From NCBI GenBank assembly GCA_951406725.2, contig OX597816.1:90520001-90584000 (forward strand): DNA of 64,000 nt, given 5' to 3'. Origin of the DNA: Octopus vulgaris (lineage: Eukaryota). A program made the translations under genes and the position numbers. This document shows, piece by piece, positions 48,511-61,883 of this stretch (the first letter of the stretch is position 1; each line of letters begins with the position of its first letter). The notes beneath the pieces were generated by a model, which ran no database searches, was not told the origin of the DNA, and saw only the letters and a program-made list of their open reading frames with translations.

Positions 48511-50369
48511 TACATACACACACACACATACACACACACACACACATACACACACACACACACACATACATACACACGTTTGTTTGTGCTTGTCTCCCAC
48601 CATTGTTTGACGATCAGAGCTGGTTTGTCTACTTTCCCGTAACTCGGTAAAAGAGACCGATACAATAAATATCTTCAAGGCTGTGTCCTTGCATGGCTGC
48701 AGTCTAATAACTGAAGCTAGTGAAAAATAGATATTTTAGTTTAATTCCAATAAATAACATCGGCAAATGACGATTGATTAAGAAGTGTTGAGTGTCGTCG
48801 GCTTGAAATCATTAAATCTCAATTTAACTAAATCGATTATTTGAATATCCCAATGTTTCTAATTTTGACAATGTAACTGTGTGTGCGCGCACGCACGCGT
48901 GTTTGTCCTCCACCAGTACTTGACAACCGGTTTTGGTGTGTTTACGTTCTTGTAACCTAGCAGTTCGGCAAGAGGTTGATAGAATAAGTGCCAACCTTAC
49001 AAAAAAAGCGTGAGGTAAGGAGAATATAATATTTATTACATGGTTGAAAAAGTTAGTTAAAGACAGTGATATAGAGGAGGAGAGTTAGGTGTATAATTTT
49101 GGCAGAGGGGTGATGTTCTGATGGTGATGTTAAAGAAAGCACAGAGAGCGGGGAGAGAGATGATAGTGGAGATGGAGGTGGTGGAGCTGAGTGTATAGTG
49201 AAAAGTATATTTTTTAAAAAATTGAACTAAGTTTTTTTTTATATCACCTATCTCTTAACGCATGCGCAAAAGTGCAATTCCGTGAAATATTCGCACTTAT
49301 TTACGTGGCAGATATAGATTGTATGAAACGTACTGCGATTTTTTCTTTTTTGTTTTGCTTTTTTTTGTTAATGGGAAAAATGGAAAACAAAGAGTGAATA
49401 TTTATTCTATGTGTATTCCAATTTCTTTTACTTTTCAATAAGTTGCTGATGAGCGACTATTTTTCCATACAGAAACAACATAGGCTACGCTTTCAGGTTT
49501 TTTGGATAAAGTTTTCAGAAATAACCCAATAAGTTTACCATTAATTCCGTGAAATATTCACAGGTACCGCTAGTTTAAATTCTCCTTGTAAAAGCTATGT
49601 AAATTCAGATCCGATTTTCACAAGTCTTGTTCATCAGTGTGATCATTCATTTGCTTGCTAATAAACACGCTAACTTTATTTACTTTAACTTAGGGCTCCC
49701 GCATCGGACGATGCATGGGACAGCTGAAGTACTCTAGCAGGATCGGTTAATGCTTTTGTACTTTGAACTATTTTCGTGGCTTTGGAGACGGGTTCCGGAG
49801 ACGAAGTGCATTTAGAAAAGACACTGCTGTCTCTGTTGACTGCTAGCCGTGGACGACGAAGCATTGCGTGGGTCGCTTTCAGTCACGGATACCTGGTCGT
49901 TGGTCATCTTGAAACTCCTTAATCCTGGCCGTAGCTATAGCTCCTCCTTCCGCCTCGTAGTGCAGTCAATACCGCTCCCTAAGGTGTTTTAGCCCGCCAG
50001 CTGAGGCGGTGTCTCGGGGTACGGCACGTAGAGCCAGCACATAAAAGATTTAAGGGATGGGAGCCAGTGATGCCTGTCCATCCTACCAGGTAATAGCTCT
50101 ACCCAGAACGCTCTGCACTCAAACTTTGCTTCACCTTAAATGGCATTAAATGTAGATGAAAAGCTAACCCTATTCTTGGCGTAGAAATTTCTTCCACTCT
50201 GATCTCCAATTGAATGTGAAGGCATGCAGGATGTGTGGTTTGTTCCTAGCAAGTAATTCATGTTATTTCTTATCCCTTCCTTGTTTTAGTTATTGAACTG
50301 TGGCATGCTGGGGCACCGCCTTGAAGAATTTTCAGTCGAATGAATCTGTAGCGAAACACATCTCCTCTC

Positions 50370-50423
<54 letters not shown>

Positions 50424-50804
50424 ATATACATTACTAAGGCGATCGTGCGGCGTTCCAAAAGGAGACTTTGTCACCATCTCCTTTACGTACGGTCGCTCTA
50501 CAAATCGATCCCAGTACTCTTTTTTGTAAGGTTGGCACTTATTCTATCAACCTCTTGGATGCTCCTCCACCTTCTTTTCCCCTCCCCCTTCTCTTTCTCC
50601 CTCTTTTTCTCTCGCTCTTCACCTTTCCCTTTAACTAATCACGTGAAGCATTCCAGCTAAGTAACAGGGCTAAGTAACGGAGTGAAAGCATAACTGCCTA
50701 CGTGAACATAATTTGGCCATTCAGTATCGGCTGGTATGTAACCAATGAAGCTGTGGATTTAAAAGAAAGTTGTGTAAAATTTCCGTCGAAGGTTTTAGAA
50801 TCTT

Positions 50805-51034
50805 TACTCTCTATACTCACTTTACTTGTTTCAGTCATTTGACTGTGGCCAAGCTGGAGCACCACGTTTAGTCGAGCAAATCGACCCCAGGACTTATTCT
50901 TTGTAAACCTAGTACTTACTCTATCGGTTTCTTTTGCCGAACCGCTAAGTTACGAGGACGTAAACACACCAGCATCGGTAGTCAAGCGATGTTGGGGGAC
51001 AAACACAGATACACAAACATATACACACACACGT

Positions 51035-51107
<73 letters not shown>

Positions 51108-51272
51108 CATACATATATACGACGGGTTTCTTTCAGTTTCCGTCTACCAAATCCACTCATAAGGCTTTGGTCGGCCCGAAGCTATAGTAGAAGACAATTG
51201 CCTAAGGTGCCACGCAGTGGGACTGAACCCGGAATCATGTGGTTGGTAAGCAAGCTACTTACCACACAGCCA
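50805..51272 (-). mobile_element. tRNA-derived SINE
   Basis: Reverse complement of the 35573-35942 family, with an internal (CA)n(TA)n tract. Confidence 0.85.
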
Positions 51273-51767
51273 CTTGCCAAAGTTATACAATAAGTTAAGA
51301 TTTTGAAATCCACGATAGAGCGAACTCAGGCGCCACACAGAACTTTGCCCCTCAGTTCCATGATTGGTTATCTTAATTTTTTATTTGTTCAATCTATAAA
51401 CAACTATAATCATTTATCATATAATCAATTAAAATGTTGTTATATTTCGGAACGGTCATTTTGTTGCCAAATAAATGCAATCGCTATATCTTCGTTCTTC
51501 ACTTTAGTTTTATTATTGTTTGTCCTTTGTCTTCAATCTTTCGTTACATTTTCTGCGACCTTCTCAGTGACTCTCCATCGCACGTGTCTTCTGTTCTGTT
51601 TAGTCCCTTCTTTCTAAATGTGTGACGAAAGATTATTTGGCACCCCCCCACCAAAAAACAAAACAAAACAAAGCAAAAAATGGCCATGCCGAACTGCTAA
51701 GTTACGGGGACGTAAACGCACCAACACCAGTTGTCAAGCGTTGGTAGAGATAAACACAGATACAAAG

Positions 51768-51819
<52 letters not shown>

Positions 51820-52418
51820 TCGATGGGTTTCTTTAAGTTTCCGTCTATCAAATCCACTCACAAAGCTTTGGTGGGCCCGAGGCTAGGGTAGAAGATACTT
51901 GCCCAAGGTGCCACGCAGTGGGACTGAACCCAGAACCTTGGAAAAATCTGTTGGTTTAACTTGACCTGGTTTATTAAGTAACATTATAAAAAACACAAGC
52001 AAGTAGCTATGTCTCTCTTTGGTAAATGGACGCCAAACCATCGAGAGTTACGCTCGAGAATGGAATCACACACACTCTCTCTAATTATAAAGACAACTAT
52101 TTCTATGTCTTTCTTCGTAGCAGTCACACAGAGAATACTAATTCAATGAATCATGGATTCACAGAAAATATTTTGCTGCAACAAACAAATAAAACTTGTG
52201 TATACACAACGGCGCGATGACGTCGTTGATTTTATATTGTAACGAATAACATTATAATCAATTTAAGAAACGGCCTTCGTAACAATTAATGAATTGTTTT
52301 TCACTCAGTCGTTTCTCTGCTGCAAACTTCGACATTAAAACATCATCGTCGTTACAATATGATGATCACATTTAAAAGGTCTTAAGGTTTTAGTGTAGAG
52401 CTGAACGGTTTGATATTT

Positions 52419-52636
52419 GAAGGGGTGCTGAACAGTTCCTGGCTTTAAGGGTGTCGCGAAAAGCTTGGTTGGATGCTCAACCTTCCGAGTTCTTTTACAG
52501 GGCTTAGAAAAACTGAAGGGCCGCCGTAATAAGTGTGTGAATCTAAAAAGGGGAATATATTGAATAAAATCATAATTAACTGATCCTTTTGTAATTTTAT
52601 TTTACTCAAAGCCAGGAACTTTTCAGCTTCCCCTCG
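52419..52636. mobile_element. Mariner-derived MITE
   Basis: GAAGGGGTGCTGAACAGTTCCTGGCTTT ... AAAGCCAGGAACTTTTCAGCTTCCCCTCG TIRs. Confidence 0.8.
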
Positions 52637-53390
52637 TATTTTCTTATTTAGCAGTCAATTGACAGTTATTTATTTGTTCTCCCATTCAGCATAGAGCTGT
52701 AAGACACTGCATTATTTTCTAATGTGAGTTAGAGAATATGAACAGATCAATATTGGTACTTTCTGCTCAGTGGTGTAGCATAGGTTCTGGTCAACTTATG
52801 CAGTAGCCAAACAGGCTGTTCACTGATACGTGACCACACCAAATACATGTAAAATGACCGTCCTGTGCAGTACGTACAACCCGCTTATCCTCACACCACT
52901 CCACTGATTTTACGCCACTCCTCACTCATATTTACATATCACCGTCATGTCACATCACTCAAAATATTTTATGGAATGCTCATCTTATCTGTTGTTAAAT
53001 TTTGTCTTTTAAATCACTCGTCTATCTTTTATTTTTCTTTTAATAATGCTACCCAATTATTTCATCGCTTGGTGCTTTATCCATATAGTGGCGCTCGATC
53101 TGATGTATTACAACAGACACGTACATACAGCAAATACACAAACACACACACACGCGCACACTTACTCGAACGCGTGCACACATATATAAAAGGGAAGTTA
53201 CTCTAATAGGTGGAAAAAGAAAAAAGATAAAATATACATGCAACCATATTCCCATAATACATAAACATAAACTTCCTGCGTTCACAACGTACACACACAA
53301 TCAGGTATACGTACATGCACATACACACACACAAACATATATGTATGTACGTACTCATACATACACACATATCCACACACACACATACAC

Positions 53391-53432
<42 letters not shown>

Positions 53433-53566
53433 ACAAAGGGTAAAATTAATTAATTCTCTGGGAGTCCCTTTTTTAAAGTAGAAGAAATAGCTAAGGTTGT
53501 GGCTGCTATTTCTAAACTTCGGTATGTGGTAAAGCAAATCTTTGCTGAACCCTAATTATTAGTTTA

Positions 53567-53615
<49 letters not shown>

Positions 53616-53835
53616 GGTGCTTACATGCATACACGTAACATAATACATATATATTTAGACATTTGTACGTATAAATATATAGGTAGAAAGGCAAAGAAAC
53701 GCAAGTAGGTTTAATGCGTATATTTACATGGAAGGCTAAATACAGAGTACGGAATAAAGAAACAAAGTAAATGAAAGGAGTTATCTAATAGTTTTATCTT
53801 GAAAGGTGTCTCACCATGGCTTACTCTGTAACCAC

Positions 53836-53871
<36 letters not shown>

Positions 53872-53872
<1 letters not shown>

Positions 53873-56800
53873 TAATCAGAAAATGAAGAAAACTTCAGAT
53901 CAACAAACAAATCAATTCGACAACATCTATAGCTTATTATTTAATACAGTCGGCCTCTCTATTACTATAGAAAATGAAAACTACTCTATCAACTCCTAAG
54001 ACGTTAATTGTAATTTAAATACAGGTTTACACCAACCTTATATAAAACCTAACTCTAACCTAAAGTATATAAATTATCACAGTAACCATCCACAATCAGT
54101 AAAAAGAGCTCTAATAAGAGGCATTAGCAAAAGGATTTCCTACCTCTCCTCTAACGAGGACATATGTAATAGTCATAAGGATAAGCATGATAAAACACTT
54201 ATAGATGCAGGCTATAGAGGCAGAATCAAGTATATCCCACACGAGCATGTAATGAATATAAGTAATAACGACTATATAAACCGCAACATTATAGTACACG
54301 GCCATACAACTAAGCGATGTAATAAAGTACAGGGAACTAAACATGTATCGCCCGATGAGACTATTGGTAAATCGGGAGACATGATCTGGTGCATACTCTC
54401 TTTTCCCCTTTGCAATGCAAATAAGGACCAACTTAGCTAAGCAAATATTTAACGTTATAAATAAACACTTTGATAAGAATAATAGGTATTCGAAACTTAT
54501 AAATAGGAGAACAATAAGGATAAGTTATAGTCTTACACATAACTTAGCGATCATTATAGCCTCCCTGGATAATAAAAAAAATTAGATATTTTCTTCTTAG
54601 ATAGAAGCAGCAATGGCAACGACGGCGGTAATAGTAGGAATAAAAGCAATAAACACTACCCCAATCTTAGTAAAGGATACACTCAGAACCAGAATAACCA
54701 TAACGATCTCAATAAACTTAACTCTACCCAACTAGAAAGCAATTCCCCCCCTACAGCACAATCTATATGACTGTAGGAATAGGGATAATTGTGCCTTCGG
54801 AAATACCTGTAGAATTAAAGATACAATTTACCAGTGTATAGTTTCAACACAGTCTAGTAAAATGAGTTATATAGGAACTACCCAAAATGAGAAAAAACGT
54901 AGACTAGCCACACATCAACATTCTTTTAGAAATAGAAACAGAATTAACTCAACTAAGTAAGTATATTTGGGAACTCAAAGATAATGATATTAGCTTCACA
55001 TTAGAATGGGGGATGCTTGCTACTGCACCTTCGTATAACGAAAAAATAGGAAATGCTATCTTTGCAGTAATTAAATATTTCTTTTTCATTCTAACAGCAC
55101 GAAACCCACTGTTGAACCTAAGAGAGGAGAGAAGTGTAGCCCTTGATGAACTTATTTGAGAACACAGAGGACATATGCATTCAACCACAATGTTATAATC
55201 CCTAACAACTACTTCAAATTCAAATTTTTATTTTAAATTTTAATTTTATCTATTTTGTTCTGTTTTATCCGCCAGTACCTTTTATATCATTTGCTGTAAT
55301 TTGTACTTAATTCTCTACCGACTTATTGTTCTTCCTACACTTAAATAGACCTTAATAGCCTTACCCACTTAGGAACAACAGTACCCTCTTGTAGGATTTA
55401 TTTTAGTTTTATTGAACATAATGTTACCGTCTTCCACCATACATTATATGTGTCTGCGCTTGGTACTTACAGTAGTTGTACTTACCAGGAGATATTTGTA
55501 AAATTTGGATTTATTATGTAGGATTGAAAGTGTAATTTGTTGGAGGAAATAGCATGTCCGCACTCACTTGGGGTCAGTATAATTTTTAAATTATTAAATT
55601 TAATAATTTGAACAATCTAACTTTTAGGATAATGTAATGCATATTAAGTATATTTAGTAAACTGTTTGAACATGAGAACTATATTCCATGGTACTAATTT
55701 GTTAGTGGACCTAGTATAACTGCACCTACGCAAGGGTCAATATAATTTTTAAATTATTAAATTTAATGATATGAACAATTTAACTTTTAGGATAACGTAA
55801 TGCATATTAAGTATATTTAGTAAACTGTTTGAACATGGGAATTATGTTCATGATACTAATTAACACGCGACTTGGTCTTACATCTTAATCGCTTAAATGT
55901 TAGTGGTTTTGTGATTTTGCCTTGTCGTGTACATTTAAGGTGGAATTTTCTTAGGCATGTGTACACGTTTACTTGTTTGTCCATTATTACCACCACTCGA
56001 ATTCTATTTTCTACCTAGGATGTAAAACCTAACATTATTTTACCAGCTTTTTAAATGTATTATGTAATATCTGTAATAGTTGTCTCCCCTTAACTATTAA
56101 GTTACAGTATTTTTATTTGATCGCATTTATTTATTTATTTATTCTTATTTGTATTATGTTGAGAAGCAGCAGAAGGTCATAAGCGGTCACGTACCACTTA
56201 TATCATAGTCTTCTCCCCTACACCCTTTATTCATTTACTCATTTTCCTTTTTTGTTTACATATCCATTGAAACGGTTTTAACTTTTGCTTTTGGTTCAAA
56301 TAATTCGCTAGACTTCAGCCTATCCCATTGCGGACAACAGGTAGTGTTCTCTGTAATATTTCTGTAAGTACACTATCATATGAACCCTACGGTATTGTTT
56401 TTGATAAATATCAGCAAGAGAGATATTTACATTAACATAGGTAATGCTCTTTTTATAGACATGTTAGTAATTTTCTTGTATTTTTTTTTTTGCTAACTTC
56501 TTTTCACAACTTTTAAAACATCTTGGTTCCCCCTTTTTATGGAAATAACCCGAAAAAAGTTTTTCCCTAGACCATTGCTAGATCACTCTTTTGCCTACGG
56601 ACTTCGAAGCCTTATGATGGAAGATTGTATGGTTTTAATATATTTGGCCTCCAGACTTCTTCTCTAGGCCATATTTTCTTTCCTATTCTCTCTTCCTTTT
56701 GTTTATTTTAGACGTTCTTGTAGTCACTCTGATGAAGCTCCACGTTCTAGTTCGAATATCCTATGAAGATGAAGAATATTATTTTCGTAATTCTTTCGTA

Positions 56801-57040
56801 GGCATTGACTGGCATCGGAAGCGGAAACGGCCGTAAGAATTGTTATGTTACATAAATGCTATGTCATGTTTTGTATTAAATAATAAGCTATAGATGTTGT
56901 CCAATTGATTTGTTTGTTGATCTGAAGTTTTCTCCATTTTCTGATTATTTACACTTGATTCCTGATAAAATTAAGTCTATTCTGTTGTTACCTGTTCTCT
57001 ATGAGCATAGTGTGTCTGCATACCCATGCCCAGAGATAAC
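53872..57040 (+). mobile_element. 5'-truncated Penelope-like element of Naiad type (RT thumb + C-terminal GIY-YIG) with inverted pLTR
   Basis: Broken-frame GLSITIE, PYIKPN..YINYHSNHP..KRISYLSSN, KHF..ISYS, DCR..C...C, IYQC...YIGTT, KYIWELK, CYLC and LLNLREE; 53872-53948 is the reverse complement of about 56872-56948; (TA)n flanks. Confidence 0.88.
56724..56842 (+). ncRNA. Candidate hammerhead ribozyme in the Penelope pLTR
   Basis: CTGATGA (56729), long stem II (GCT-CC...GGAAGC with an internal hairpin), GAAA (56824), palindromic CGGCCG, then TA; stem I is weak. Confidence 0.65.
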
Positions 57041-57129
57041 ACGGGTAACGGATATCGATAGTATATACGAATAGTTTATACCTTAGTCGGTTATTATAAC
57101 CGTTAACTCTGCTTACCTATATATATATC

Positions 57130-57539
57130 AAGGCCACGGTTTGGCTCCCGTGCCGGTGACACGGGAAAAGCACCATTCGAGCATGGTCGCTGCTAGCGTC
57201 GCTTTACCGGCACATGTGCCGGTGGCACGTGCAAAACAACATTCGAGCGTAGTCGTTGCTAGTACCGCCGGACTGGCTCCCGTGCAGGTAGCACGTAAAA
57301 ACACCTTTCGATCGTGAACGTGGTCGTTGCCAGAACCGCCTGACTGGCCCGTGGGCCTGTGGCACGTAAAAAGCACCCGCTACACTCTCGGAGTGGTTGG
57401 TGTTAAGAAGGGCATCCAGCTGTAGAAACTTTGCCAGACTAGATTTAGCCTGGTGCAGCTTATGGCTCACCAGTCCTCAGTCAAACCGTCCAACCCATGC
57501 CAGCATGGAAAGCGGACGTTAAGCGATGATTATGATGAT
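57130..57539 (+). mobile_element. RTE 3'-UTR fragment
   Basis: GTGCCGGTGGCAC subrepeats, the RTE 3' core and a GAT tail. Confidence 0.8.
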
Positions 57540-57691
57540 ATATGTGTGTGTGTGTATATATATATTCTTTAATTCTTTTATTTGTTTCAGTCATTTGATT
57601 GTGGCCATGTTGGAGCACTGCCTTTAGTCGAACAAATCGACACCAGGACTTATTCTTTGTAAACCTAGTATTTATGCGTATGTATGCGTTG

Positions 57692-58045
57692 TCTCAAGGC
57701 TGTATCATGCGCGGAGACATAGAAATAATTGGACTGAATACCCGATCGCGCGGTTAAACCATTGGGAGTGAAGGACTACTAGCCTTTGTTAGGGCATCCT
57801 TCTAGGAGAAGGTAACTCAGGTAACTGGGATAACTCCAACATAAAACCTGCGGCTCAGTGGTTACCGATGATGTCGACTTGCTCTTCTTTTCGGATTATG
57901 GCTACTGTTGCTTAGTGAGTGGGATTGATTCAGTGCACAGCCTTTCCTCACTTTAAAAAATATCTTCTTGCACAGGCATTGTACGATAACAACATTGATT
58001 AAGCTTCGTGTAATGGCCATACTCGATAACGAGGGGGCAACCACC
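57692..58045. mobile_element. 354-bp insertion with a 12-bp TSD, probably a non-autonomous retroelement
   Basis: ATGTATGCGTTG at 57680-57691 and 58046-58057. Confidence 0.7.
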
Positions 58046-58580
58046 ATGTATGCGTTGCAGTGTTCGTTCTAGACTTTAACAGGTACATCTCATGGCCGAA
58101 GGTCTATCACACTTATGCGAAACTTTTAGTTATGTAGCTTGGTTTGTTCATATGATCATTACAAAGCTGTATGTATGTATGTATGGACGGGTGAATGAAT
58201 AGATGGATGGATGGAGGGAGGGAGGGATGGATGGATGGATACAAATACCCGCACAGACATTAATCGTAACGAATGGAAGAAAACCTGTTCAATATCAGAG
58301 ATAGAAAGAATTTAATTCAACTGGAATCAAACTGACTGAAATCTTCAGTTTTAACAAGGAAACGATTGCATCATCGTTTTATTGCGGTTTTGTTTCAGTT
58401 ACCCTAACTTTCTTTACTTTTACTTTCGCCATCCCTTTGCAGTGGAGGCACGTTTTCAAGGAGTTATGTTCACAAAAAAAAAAATCCTTTTATTATGACC
58501 ATTAGAGGATAATACCTTTGGTAAATGCTGCTTAAGGCGATCCCGCATTTTTTGCCTACGATAGGATTGTATAAAAGACG

Positions 58581-58633
<53 letters not shown>

Positions 58634-58757
58634 GTGTGTGTGGATTTAGCGGTCAAGCTTAATCCACACACACACACACACACACACGTGTGTGTGTGTG
58701 CTTGACCGCTTAATCCACAAGTTTTTTTATTCGTTCTTTGTTTATTTTCTCTTATTC

Positions 58758-58793
58758 CTTTCTGATGAAAAGCGTAGGCTCGAAACGTAAAAG
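58758..58793 (+). ncRNA. Minimal type I hammerhead ribozyme motif (Penelope-derived)
   Basis: CTTT-CTGATGA-aaAGCgtagGCTc-GAAA-CG-TA-AAAG; stem I CTTT/AAAG and stem II AGC/GCT. Confidence 0.75.
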
Positions 58794-60095
58794 ACTTTTT
58801 CACTTTCCCGAGCGTTAAACTAATACACCTGCTTGTTGTTCATACACCTGTTTTCGTCTTTTGCTTTTCTGTAAATTTCACCTATATATATATATATATA
58901 TAGCTTGGGGTATGTAGGGATGAGTCGATTACATCGACCTCAGTGTTCAACTGGTACTTATTTCATCGACCCCGAAAGGATGAAAGGCAAAATCGATCTC
59001 AGCGAAATTTGAACTCAGAACGTAGCGACAGGCGAAATATTGCTAAGCATGGCGTCCGACAATTCTACAAGCTCGCTGCCTTAAAATCTTAAATAATAAT
59101 GGCTTCAAATTTTAGCACAATACCACCTTTGAAAGATTAAACAAAATACCTAAAGACATCCCTGCCTCCTGAGAATGGTTGGTAAGCCATTCGCATTAGT
59201 TTTTCTGGTTTGACTCCAAAAGTTGTCGGAACGTGTCTACCACAACTAACAATGCGATTTCTTTCAGATAGATCCATGTTGATTGTATTATTTCGACAAT
59301 TTCAGAAGTATAGGGACAGAATGTAACCAACTTACTAAGAATGACTTCTTACAAATTCTCACAGTGATTGACTGCACCCATATCTAAACAGTATGTCCTA
59401 GGTATGACTTTGAAATGCTTCCGTTACTGGGGCCCTGGTTCGAGAGTTCCAGGGTTTTGAGAAACATTGGCCCACTTCTTAACCACTATTTCTACCAGGT
59501 CTACTCAGACCTAGAGCAATTACACTTGTCAGGGTCCCAGCTATGGGTGAATTAGCAAATAGATAGAGGTCAGCTGTAGATATGGGACTAAACAGCTCCG
59601 GACAAAATCACGGGGTTAATCTTTACCAAAGTCTAGCCCTTGGTAAAAATCACGGGATGATGTATGGTGGATGCTGTATTGAGTCAATGGCGAATACCGC
59701 TATATATTGAACGGATAAACAGTCAACAAACTGTCACCGGCCAGGATCAATATGAATTATGCTTGGCTGTTTTAACGCTTTTAGCCTCATTATCGCCTGT
59801 GGTAATGCCGCCAGCGTCTTGGCTTGCTTCATTCAGTAGATTCTGTTAAACTTTGTGACGTGCTATCAATTGAGGCACTTGGTGCTGAATTGATGTTTTT
59901 TCTTTCTTTCTTCCTCTTTTTGCTTTTGTTCTCTCTTTATACCTTCTTTCTTCGCTTATGTTTGTGTTTTCTTCGGTTTTGGGTTTGCATATTAATGTGC
60001 TTTTGTATTATATGTGTATCATATACATACATGTTATATTCCAATAAAAAAAATATCTGATTAATACATAAATAAAACGTTACATATGAATTATT

Positions 60096-60328
60096 TGTTT
60101 CTTTATTGCCCACAAGGGGCTAAACATAGAGGGGACAAACAAGGACAGACAAACGGATTAAGTCGATTACATCGACCCCAGTGCGTATCTGGTACTTAAT
60201 TTATCGACCCCGAAAGGATGAAAGGCAAAGTCGACCTCGGCGGAATTTGAACTCAGAACGCAACGACAGACGCAATACCGCTAAGCATTTCGCCCGGTGT
60301 GCTAACGTTTCTGCCAGCTCGCCGCCTT
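60096..60328 (-). mobile_element. Short SINE with a 17-bp TSD
   Basis: TSD GTTACATATGAATTATT at 60079-60095 and 60329-60345; tRNA-like head GGCGGCGAGCTGGCAGAA...GAGTTCAAATTCC on the minus strand. Confidence 0.85.
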
Positions 60329-61829
60329 GTTACATATGAATTATTGGTCCGGACAAGTCGCCCGACTGAATGATGATGATGATGATGATGATGACTACGA
60401 CGATAGTGTTATGAAGACCTGCAAAGGGCAGTTGCTATTTAATCCCAAGTTAGTCCTGATCAAGAATACCTATGATAAAAAGCGCTCTGGTCGTACCTAT
60501 CCCGTCTTTGTTTTTTCTTTGAAAAATACTTTAAGATGATAGGATGTAATTTGAGGAAGATTTGATTGCTATTCCTAGCAACTGGCGACTGCACAGAGGC
60601 TCCATCGTTATCGCCTCCATATAACGACCCTCCCACCCTCCCTCCCTCTCTCTGCTCACGACTGATTTCTATTCTTGGTTTTTACTACTTTTTGCTTCAC
60701 TGCACGAATTCCTTTGTAAAAAAAGATGAACATTACAACTTCATTTCCCCCATCCCTTCTGTAGTTAATAAGGCAGATTACCCATTGATAGGTTCCTCCA
60801 ATGCTCAAAAGGTCAAGCAATTGACTCCACTTATCTCTACTAGTGCGTGGGATAAATATTTATCTTGATGCGCGCGTACGCATTCTCACGCACACACACA
60901 CACACACACGCACACACATACACACACACACACACTTATATACACAGATACACGCGTACACATATACACACGCATACACACGCACGGACGTGCGCGCTCG
61001 TGTGATCAAGCACATTAAAAGTTGTCTCTTGAATTACGTTAGATCGTTTTCTGACCTTCTTGTTTGCTTCCGTTGTATGGCAATATGTAACAAATATATT
61101 GAACTGCTTCATCACTGTTGCCTGAATGTCGTGAATTTTGTTATTGAAGAAGGCAGGTTAATTGTCATATCCGCATTCTAACAACTAAAATGTTGCCACT
61201 AATCTTTATTGATATCACATGTACTGAATTGATGCTGGATCAAATGACTTCCACGAAGTAAGAGTTATTTTTCATTGTCGCTTAAGGTTTAACGAGGTAT
61301 TTTATAAATTGAAACAATTTCTTAGCGAATTTCAGGCATTTTACTTTATGTTAATGTTTTTTTTCGAAAAAGATTTTGTTGAGATTTTATTAGCCCTATT
61401 TTTATTAAATTAACGTTTAATATATTAGCTTCTTATCATTAGTTGCGTGGGCAAACACACACACACATGCGCACACAACCCCATGTGTGTATAAACACAC
61501 ACACTTACACACACATATCGTTGCTATTATGTTAAACTGCCGTATGTCCAAATTCGGCCAAATGCGTCTTTTCCAGTATTTATTTTTGCTTTCTATAGCC
61601 GGTTCTTTTGGTCAAAATATCGTATCTCCAACTGCTTCAGATGCTAAGATATCAAAAATTGTCAATACATATATATATCCCAGTAAAACAAAGCACCATC
61701 AAGTTAAAGTATAAATATAGAATAGTGATTAGTGGTGCAACGATGCACCAATATTTACTGGAAATAGCAGTCGATAATATAATGGGGCGCATATATTCCC
61801 TCTGGATGAGACGCCGGTCCGCCGCAAGA

Positions 61830-61883
<54 letters not shown>

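Noticed and set aside
49440-49500. Plus-strand hammerhead (CTGATGA...GAAAC)
   Set aside because: No convincing stem II or stem III pairing.
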